This document shows positions 54,732 to 64,000 of a DNA stretch of 64,000 bases, piece by piece. This DNA comes from Paramecium tetraurelia (lineage: Eukaryota). The stretch is from positions 1-64,000 of the forward strand of contig CT868039.1 of NCBI GenBank assembly GCA_000165425.1. The letters are read 5' to 3'. The notes under the pieces were generated by a model. That model was not told the origin of the DNA and ran no database searches. It worked only from the letters and a program-made list of their open reading frames with translations. Positions within the stretch are counted from its first letter, which is position 1, and every line of letters begins with the position of its first letter. The position numbers and the translations under genes are program-made.

Positions 54732-55370
54732 TGATTTAGAATAGTCATGATGAATCTATTTCAAAACAACTTTATATTATTTATATTAAAATCCTCTAAA
54801 TAGAAGAGTAAAAGAAAAAGCAAAATCACATCTAATTATAATAAACAAATTCCAATTTATCATGTTATAGAATGTTACTTCAAGCTTATTTTTTTCATTC
54901 CTTATAAACTAATAATTAGTTTGAGATATATAACCTCCTCATAGATTATCATCTATGTAATATATTTTTTGAATATTTTATAAATAATTTAAATATTTTT
55001 GATCATATCTGACTCCATCCATAATATTTTAAATGTAAATACCTGTTTTACTTCTATCTTTCTAATAATATTCATAATGTACAAAGTTGTTATATGGAAT
55101 TTGTTGCAAATTTATTAAAAGTTAATTGTTTTAATGTCCATTTTATGTTGTTCGTAAAGACTTGATCAAACCATAATATCGAAAATGATAGTAAGTTCCG
55201 TTCCAAATAAAATTTCAAAATATTATGGATCTAAGGAATTATGCAACCATTCTAGAATAACATTTAAATTATGTGCAATGTGAAAAATTTTATAGAATAA
55301 TGAATGAATTAATCTGTGGTTTTTTATCGAAATCCTAAATTTATTATATTTAATTGAATATTATTAGAAA

Positions 55371-56088
55371 ATGGGAAATTAGAAAAAATTCTTATAAAAA
55401 CTTTTTAGTATTCTTGAAGTACTTGCTAGTATAATTATAGTCAAAAGAACATGAAGACTGTATATAATGGAGTTAAGATGGGAATTCGCTTGTAGTTATT
55501 TCTGCAGAATTATTTGAGGAGAAGGTAATGCCTTGCTATTTCAATTCTACTAAAATTTCTACTTTTTATAGATAATTGAGTCAGTATGGATTTAAAGTAA
55601 AATAAAATGAGATGAGATAAAAGTAATTTTATCATTCTAATTTTTAATAAGGAAATTTGTAATTTTATAATATTTATTCTTGTAGTGAAAATTTATTAAG
55701 AATAGAAAGAAGGAAGAAGATACAGGCACAACTAGATCACAATAAATGTATAAGCGAAGAGAATAAGCAGTTGAATAATTAATTAAAGGTCCTTCAGAAA
55801 TAGCAATTAGCGATCTAGGCTCAATTGAATATTCACACGTAGATTTACATGAGATTTTGCAATTAGATGAAATATGTTTTTGATGTATCAATCGAAATAT
55901 TTTAGTATTTGAAATAGGATGAAGATTGTGAGGAGGATTACAAGAAATTTTTTGACTCAGTTATATCTGTGTTTAAGGGATTCAATCACGACATCGCCTA
56001 AAATATATTTGAAGAACTGAAGCACATAGGAGGTCCATTGAGCCCTTAATTATCACCACTTCTCTTTCCTTATTTAAGGTTGAATTGA
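55371..56088 (+). CDS. HSF-type DNA-binding protein
   Basis: KFLQKLFSILE|intron|..CIQWSQDGNS..VMPCYFNSTKISTFYRQLSQYGF..FYHSNF; three introns. Confidence 0.88.
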
Positions 56089-56225
56089 ATTATTGTCTTC
56101 TTTTAAATTGTATAATAAATAGTAAAATTCAACAATTAAAAAATTCATCAAAATTATATATTGGAGTATTTTGAGGGTTTAATCCTACCACTTATGTAGC
56201 ATGATGAATCAGAAATATTAACGTT

Positions 56226-56298
56226 GCCCATGTGGCGCAATTGGTAGCGCGACAGCCTTCTAAGCTGTAGGCTGCAGGTTCAATCCCTGCCATGGGTG
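56226..56298 (+). tRNA. tRNA-Arg(TCT)
   Basis: GCCCATGTGGCGCAATTGGTAGCGCG-ACAGC-CT-TCT-AA-GCTGT..GGTTCAATCC..CATGGGTG followed by a T-run. Confidence 0.96.
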
Positions 56299-56354
56299 AT
56301 TCTTTTTTATTTTTTAATTAATTGTAAATTTAAATTTATATTCAATTAAATTAA

Positions 56355-57302
56355 TCAATTGGTACATGATTCTAATTTGGCAAGGATTTGGGATGGATGA
56401 TCAACTTTGAGTGTCTTCATAATTTTGAGGATGAGATCAGGATCGTTAAACTGGTTCTATTTAATTTTTTCAATGATTTTAAGTATGTAAATCATGCAGG
56501 CTTCACTTTTCATGTTTTCATCTAAGTCTAATAATCGTTTGGCTATTTTAATGAATTATTGAATATCTTATAATAGGATGAAGGTTTAGTTCATTTTGAA
56601 CATCAAATTGTCACTTGAGTCTATTTTAAATAGGGATTTGATAGTTTAGATGTCGTTATTGGAAGTGTTTTGGAGTGATTTAATGGCATCAATAATTTGG
56701 GAATCAGTTGATTATTTCAATGATAAGGTTTATTCTAATTGATTTTTGAAGTTCAAGAAACAGTCGACATATTTGGAATCGAATTTCCATTTTTGAATGA
56801 TGGGGAATACTTATTCCAAATTGTATTGTTCTTCGTTTTAATCATAAATAATTTCACAGATTTGTCTACAGAATGATTCCAAATGAGCAACACCCAACAT
56901 GACAGTCTTGATTTTTTCTGCTGTTGTCAACAATTATTCCATGGAATTGACTGAAAATATTTCCATCAACTTATTGATGTCTCTGTCATCATGTTCGAAA
57001 GTACCAGTTTTCATTGTTTTATTGATTGTTTAGATGAAATTAAATGATTCTTGTAATTCTTGTTTGGTTTCTTGATACAATTCTTTGAGTTGATTGAGTT
57101 GGTCAGTGAGAAAGGTATTGTTGTCAATCAATCGTTGATTCTCCTTTTTGATCCTATTCAATTCTTAGACTAGCAATTGATTTTCATTGATTAATGATTA
57201 ATAGGTTGAGTTCTCTTTCATCTGATATTCTTGATTCTATTTCTTTAATTGATTGTATTCATTAAGGAATTTGGACAATAGCTCTGTGTTGTCTGTTGAC
57301 AT
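56355..57302 (-). CDS. Coiled-coil protein with a CEP70-like C-terminus
   Basis: Intronless MSTDNTELL...; GVAHLESFCRQI and IKSLFKIDSSDNLMFKMNQ..AKRLLDL segments. Confidence 0.65.
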
Positions 57303-57410
57303 TCTTTATTCAAATTTAAATTTAATTACATTAATTTATTTCAAATACTTTTATGCTTCAAATACATTGATTGAATCGTATAGATAATAAAGTTATAAAT
57401 TAGTGAATAC

Positions 57411-58187
57411 TCATTTCTAGAATTTAGTCTTCAATCTTTAATACTTTTATGGATCTATGCTTGTACTGTGATTTCTCAGTTTGCGTAGTTATTCACTCGT
57501 AAATTCAAATGAGACTCGTTTACTAGTAGGTCTCATCAAGGGACTGTTGAGACTCTGCATGCTCTATCTACTGCCAATTCTGATGACTTCAAAAGAACTT
57601 GATTTCAAAATACCCTTCTGAGTAGAAGCAGAACTACCTTTTTGAGAATTTAAACCATCGTTATTTGCAAGCATCCTCGATATTCTTTGTGGATGTGGAA
57701 ATGGGAAGCTAGTCAGATCGTTGTGATCATTCACAATTTATGTTACATAAATTTATCTCTTTGGTTTACGAGATGATATTAAATTTGTTTAAAGTGCTTG
57801 TGTATTTTGGTGTTATCTGCTTCGAGGGTGCTTATCAATAGAGTTACGGGAGTTCTGTCTCCTCCTAGAATTGGCCAAATGGATTTAGGTCTATTAGATT
57901 ATATCTAGGGTTTAGTCGATTTTTTATCCACTTTGAGTGTGCATGTTCTGAGTGGATACTTGATTAGTGGACTTAAACCCACACGATTAAACACAGAAAT
58001 CATCCTTGCATCCCAGAACATCTTTGAACTTGCACATCAATGTATTAATGCCATTCATTCTCTTGTTTACTGAAGTACCTTTATCATCCAATTCATGATG
58101 AAAATTCGGAGTCAAGTACTTAAACTCAATAACCTTGATGGCTTCGTCTGAGTTGATTGAGTCTTCTGAATCAAATTCTTAATTCAT
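57411..58187 (-). CDS. Hypothetical basic, Ser-rich protein
   Basis: MNQEFDSEDSINSD...KTKFQK-TGA open frame. Confidence 0.7.
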
Positions 58188-58428
58188 TTTATTTATTGTC
58201 AGATTATGATTTTTGCATTGGTCTCTAACTAATTAGATCACTCTTTAGGGGGTCCTAATGATTGAATTTATAATTTAATACCCCACTCATTAAGATTACC
58301 AAAATAGTAGTGAACCTAATTAAACCAAAATGAAATCAAATAAATAAGAAATCATTAATATTTCGTGGAATCTTGAAATTGACAAATGATGTTATTTCAA
58401 TCAATCAATAAATTTAATTAAATTATAT

Positions 58429-60243
58429 TCAAAACTAATAGGTGCACACACTGCAAAGTTTTAGATTTTCATTATTTTCATCATTGTACCTTCTGAATTT
58501 TATGGTTTCCATACTCTTTTGGAATGGAGCCTCTCTTAACATCAATCTGAACGGTTGTATTTTCTAAGTTTTTTATGGATAATTGAGTAAATGCTTCATA
58601 CTCCTAATTCCATCAACTAGTCTTTTGAAATACAATTTCTAGAGCACCTAATACCCTTTATTGACTTATTTGTGTTCTCTCTATTTAACATACTTCACTA
58701 GTTTTAAACCCTGAAAAGCCAAATTCATCAATCTCTTTTTTTGTTGGCGTTACCTTTTTTACTTATTTAGTTCCAAGACTCTTTTCATGGCATAAAATAA
58801 ACTGGATAAATAGACAACTTGAGGGTAGTCCAAAAACCTAGTATTTTCTTATTCTAAGTTATTGATTCTACCAAAAAACCTTTTCATTCTTCTCCCGAAT
58901 ATCTTTTCTAATGCAACACTTAAAGCCTAAGCTTTTCTCTACCTTAAGATCTCACATTTGACATCAGAGTATATCCGAGTGGTTGTCTTCTGTTCTTCCA
59001 GAGGTTAAATTACATCTTCCCTTGGGGACACTTCAGGTTTCTAAGGTTTTAAATTTAATTTTTAGGGGACTGGTTCTTCTGATACTTTCTGTTTCTTACG
59101 TAGAGTTCTCACACTCTAAGGGACACTTTGGATAGCAGTTTGTTTTAGATAGGCAACTTGAGAGACCAAGTTTTTGAGTTCAGTTAACTTCAATATGGCT
59201 ATTTATAGGATGGATTGTATGTATTCTTGTCTAAAGGGAAAGACTGGGAAGTATTGGAAGAACAACTCCTTTTCATAATCTGGGATTGCCCTTTATTTTC
59301 TATAAGTATTGGAGATGACTTCTTAACATTTGATTTTATCTTTAAGAAATGTTGGTACTGTCTGAATTATTTTTTGGGGTTGTTCTTGAGGAATGAGATC
59401 ATCGTCTTTGGGGTAGAGATCAGAGGAAATGTGCAATTAGGGTTTCTGTATATTCAGAAACACTTTATAATAATTAGTTTTATCTCCATCGTTTAATCTG
59501 ATCAAGTAATCAATGAAGGCAGCATAATGATTGGAAGATTAGAGTTTGATAACATCTTGGAATGTTTCATAGTGTATTTTCTTCATTTCTTTGGTTTGAG
59601 CTTAATCAAGTTCTTAATTATATTGGAGTGATTGAAGTAATTTGGACAAATTCTAGAGAGTGGACGAACCGAGGAATGACAGCATTCTATCGATGAATTG
59701 CCAATCGATTTGTAATAAGAGGTCATTGGAGACTGTCTTTAATTATGACCTTTGATCAAGCTCTTTGGTTGCATTCCTTAAGGATAATACTTTTTATATG
59801 TTTAACATCTAGTTGTTAAGTTAATATATCCATGGAATTAGCCATCTAGATACGACTTCCGCTTGAATTCTTTGTGATTTAACTATTCTCATGTCGACTG
59901 CCATTCCATCAAGTCTCTTGAGTTGGCGAAATAGGTGATAACACACATCATGATAATCATAAACGGTGAAGGGATTTGAGTGGATTGACAAGTATTGGAG
60001 ATTCCTATTGACTTTCTTAAGTTCATTGATATCAACCATTTGATTGTTTGAGAGTGACAAGCTCTTTAACTATTTGAATTATTCAATGCCGTCCAAATTG
60101 GATATGTTATTGTGACTAATGTGGAGATGCTATAAATTCAGAAAAGGGGAGTTTTGAACCAATTTTCCTATTCTGGTAATTTATTTCGAGGAAAGATTTA
60201 AGCTTTTATTGAACTGACTTGGTAGCAGTTAACATAATTCCAT
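58429..60243 (-). CDS. N-terminal leucine-rich-repeat (SDS22-like) protein
   Basis: LQHLHISHNNISNLDGIEQFKQLKSLSLSNNQM..LSIHSNPF..LKRLDG (LRR cap). Confidence 0.85.
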
Positions 60244-60280
60244 ATTAATTAAATATTTATACGAATTATCTGTAATTAAG

Positions 60281-62790
60281 ATGATTAAGCAGACTATGAA
60301 TTTTTCATTAAAATAAAGGAGAACTCAATCCTTGGAACCCGTACTTGATGAGGAAGTGTTTGGAGAACTGAAGAATGAGCAAGACTTTGAGATGAGATTG
60401 CAATAACTGAATGAGATCCAACAAATTCATTAAATGACTCAGAGTTCTGGGATATCAATGTCATCGGGTCGGAGCAAGCCGGCTAAACATTAGATGGTGG
60501 AGAGTTATGCCCATTTGATTTAAGAGATGGTTCACAATAAGGAATTACAGTAATTCTGCCACTAATTTGGATTCTCAATACAGGAATTGGAACAATATAG
60601 TTCGATTGAGGAGAGACAGAATTTCGTAGTCGTAGCGATGTGCAAACACATAAAGGAATAGATGCAGAGTATGAGTTTAATTAAATAGGTTTTATGACTA
60701 AGGTTGAATTGAGAATGCATTAATACAGAGTTGATGAATGGAATGAATTGCAAAAGATGAACAAGCAGAACATTAATATATTCGAGTGGTTGAATGTGAA
60801 ATCCAAATATGAACATCTACGTAAGAAATTGCAATATGCTCTGATTGACAGCATAACTGCTACTCAAACTAAACAATAATAGGAGAAGAGAAATAGAACA
60901 TTCAGCCAATCCAATATTTCCTAGATTAGCAGGGCCAGTACAGCATGTGCTACAAGCAGTCGAAAAAGACTGTCCTCAATTCAAGAAGAGGTAACAGTCA
61001 ACCCAAAGATACAGTTGGTATCTGAATACAAGGATTTTAAGGCATAATGGAATGAGGATTTAGAGAAATAGTATAGATTGAAAGGCAAGTCACATAAGGT
61101 GCTCGGATTGTATCCTGTCATCTAGAAGGCTATCTTAGACAATGTCGGGTAGAGTGTTTGGAATCAGTAGAGAGACAGATTGCTCACTAAATACACTGAA
61201 GGAGGGTGTTTAACAGAAGAGGAAGTCAAATTCATTGCCACCACATCCTAATTATTGAATAGTTGTACAGATAAGGAGTTTCTATAGAAGATTATCACGC
61301 ATCTGGATAAAAATATCATAGATGAAATTGAATTCAACATAGCTGAATGTATATTGGCAACCTATACAAATATATCGAATGATGTTAAATCTATTCGGTA
61401 GGTGTGGCTTAAAAAGATTAGTGCAAATCTAGAATAGTAAGTCAAGGATACTCATTACAGCGTGATGAAGAAGATGCAATTGCAAAAGAGTTAAAAAGCA
61501 CTCGAGAAAGTTAAAATGAAGATGGTTACTATCTTCAGAGACTTATAGAAAAGGCACTTGATGAAATTACAACGAGAATTAGACAAGGATCATTATATTT
61601 AATAATAGAAGGGAGTCAATAAAGTAATTCTGAAGTTCAAAGATAAACTAATGAAAAGAGTCAAAAAATATAGAAATGAAAAGAACATTGGAATTGCCAA
61701 TAATTTCATTAACAGAAACATTCCCAGATAAGGGTCTCTGTTGTTTAAAATCAATAAAGAAATGAAATCTACAGAATTTGTTTAACGTTTGTTTCATCCA
61801 CCCTCAAAATTGATTGTTAAGAATCCTCTGCCTGGCTCTCAAACTGATAGAGCTGTTAAGGAAGAAAAGAAATATAAACTCAGATCTACTAGTACTATAA
61901 GATAAACTGATTTTAAAAGGTATCTTAGTGGAGGTCCCTAAACAGAACGATAGTTTGTTTCTAAATCTTTGGCTGATCAAAATCAATAAAGAATTAGTGG
62001 CCACAAGAATCCTCATGAATGGATTACCAGTGAAGTCGAAGTCATGGCTATCAACAAAATCAAAGCAGCTATTAGGGCTTATCTCTAAAGAAAAAAATAC
62101 TAGAAATAGAAACAATTAAAATAAGAGCAGGAAGAATCAAAAAAGAATTTATTGGCATCTCTTGCCAAGAAGAATCCAGAGAGAATCAAAAGAATTGAAC
62201 TAGAAGTCATCAATGTGATTAAAAGTTTAGCTCTAAATAAATAAAAGAGTTAATCTACTATGTATTCATCCAAATAAAGAATACAATCAGATATGAAATT
62301 GAAAACTAGAAAATTGTTCTAAGCTGCCAAAAAGAAATGTCTAAACATTGCTATCTAATCAGGTTTCATGTATACACTTGAAGATGCTAATCAGAAGGAT
62401 GAATTTGGCAGAACTCCACTATCATACGCTGCTGAAAATGGAGATGAAGCCATTTGCAATTATCTATTAAAAATTGGAGCCAATGTCAATATTCCCAGTT
62501 TAGATGGAATGACTCCCATGCATTTTGTTTTTAAGAGCAATTCAGTTTCTCTTATTATGAGATTTATTCATTTAGGGGGCAATTTGAATAAGTTGAATAA
62601 CGATGGGTTAACGCCAGTAGCCTTTTGCAACCAGGAAACACTAAAGAAGTTAAATCTAACTCAAATGATCTCCTCTTCTCATAAACAAGGATCATTTGAT
62701 AATCACTCGATCTTGAATAAGAAATACCCTCAACAGTCAGAAATAATAGAAGCACTAGAATTTTCAGGCAATTTCAGTAAATTCTAATGA
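60281..62790 (+). CDS. Large protein with an IQ-like motif and C-terminal ankyrin repeats
   Basis: AINKIKAAIRAYLQRKKY; GRTPLSYAAENG, GMTPMH and GLTPV; TAA (Gln) then TGA at 62788-62790. Confidence 0.88.
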
Positions 62791-63216
62791 AAATTAATTT
62801 TATATACTATTCAATTTATATTATGACAGTATTTAAGTCATCTAACTATTTGGAATTGGATTTTAAACTGATATCGAATCCCCAAAAAGATGTATTAAAT
62901 TCTTAGCCTATTAGTAATTTGCCGTTACAGATACCTATAAAAATTGTTCCCTTTAAATGGTAATCACTTTATCTTATATCAAGGAGCTCCTCCTAGATAT
63001 ATGATAAAGTATCTATAAAATACCCATAGAAAAAGTAGATAATTTTATCTAATTTGAAATTGTCTATTTTTTATAAAATTTTCAGCTTTTTGAATGAGTT
63101 AAATTTGAAAATTACAAAGAGCACTTCTTATGATTTAATTTACATTCAACAAGAAAAAAGATATTAAATCTAGATCTATATTATTTATAGTTTTTATATA
63201 AACATCAATTTTCTTT

Positions 63217-64000
63217 CACATAAGTTATATATTTAAGGAATTATATGTATTATTCTTCCATTTAATTATAAACCCTTTACCGAGATTATCAGCTATTTAC
63301 ACTCCGTATTTACTTTCCCATTTAATTTATTATTCATTTTTTAAAGAACCTTTTTTGCCTTTAACTTACAGAAAAAACCCAGATAGTTAAGGAGAACTAC
63401 ATTGATAGGCGACAAAATCACTGTTTTCATTAATTATTAGGATAAACTTACCAACTAGTATCATCTATTCAACGCATTTTAAGGCCATCCTTTCCAAGGT
63501 TGTAACATCATTAGCCTTATTTTCTACTTTTTATTGAAAAACTTGGGTATTCATATTTTGGAAAGGTACTGTGTTGTTATTTGGTGGATTTCCAAATGGA
63601 TTCATAAATGGTTATGCTTTTGGGGGTTATTAGTTATTTTGAATTTCGAAGTTGGAAGCAGGAAAGCCTGCATTTTCTGGTATTTTAACTTTATTATTAT
63701 TAATTAGGTTTTAAGGCTTAGTCTATAATGAAAAAATTGGGAATTAAAATTTTTAATTCTATAGACCAGAGGGTTATAGAGTTCCTTAATTGGCTAGTGG
63801 TCGAGGAGGGTTTTATGGGAATGGAAATTGAGGAAAGAATTTCTTTTATTGTAACTAAACTTATGGCACTTGTCCAGTTGTAGTAAAGTGGATTATCAAT
63901 TGAGGATCCTTATCTTAGGGATTAACTAGTTTGCACATCTGCAACTGTATCATTGATGCCAAGATTTTAGTTTGTTCAAAGTCTGTCACTATAATAGATT
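63217..64000 (-). CDS. Partial Pro/Gln-rich hypothetical protein; 5' end outside the window
   Basis: Coding-like code-6 frame running to a TGA near 63217; more coding-like sequence continues to ~62820. Confidence 0.5.

Noticed and set aside
56200..56225. TTAACG just upstream of both tRNA genes
   Set aside because: Two instances of a short AT-rich word are not enough to call a Pol III upstream element
761..62787. Most ORFs in the supplied track
   Set aside because: They were computed with TAA/TAG as stops. They are either fragments of code-6 genes or antisense shadows such as 16829-17134, 17661-17876, 19630-19869 and 51599-51853.

Overview
This window is the end of a ciliate macronuclear chromosome, very probably Paramecium. 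The evidence is C3A3 telomeric repeats at 1-60, high AT content, TAA/TAG read as Gln with TGA the only stop, 21-29 nt GT-AG introns and intergenic gaps of a few tens of bases. The supplied ORF track uses the wrong genetic code, so I retranslated genes by hand with code 6. I find about 30 genes or pseudogenes: kinases (CAMK-type, PLK4-like, choline kinase), Myb, HSF, chromodomain, PWWP, TM-SPRY, vWA, SF-assemblin, CFAP298, an EF-hand protein, PRCC, CEP70-like, LRR and ankyrin proteins, plus two tRNAs. The most striking structure is a ~5 kb three-gene cassette present twice in inverted orientation (~20300-25510 and ~44120-49380). Near-identical tracts flank clearly diverged OSCA/TMC-like channel paralogs, and one breakpoint makes an in-frame chimeric ORF. 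Other oddities are an ATGA stop/start overlap between two genes, a GC-AG intron, a YADD-motif remnant beside the telomere and a cluster of single-C frameshifts. All family calls come from motif recognition by eye, not from database searches, and coordinates were counted manually.
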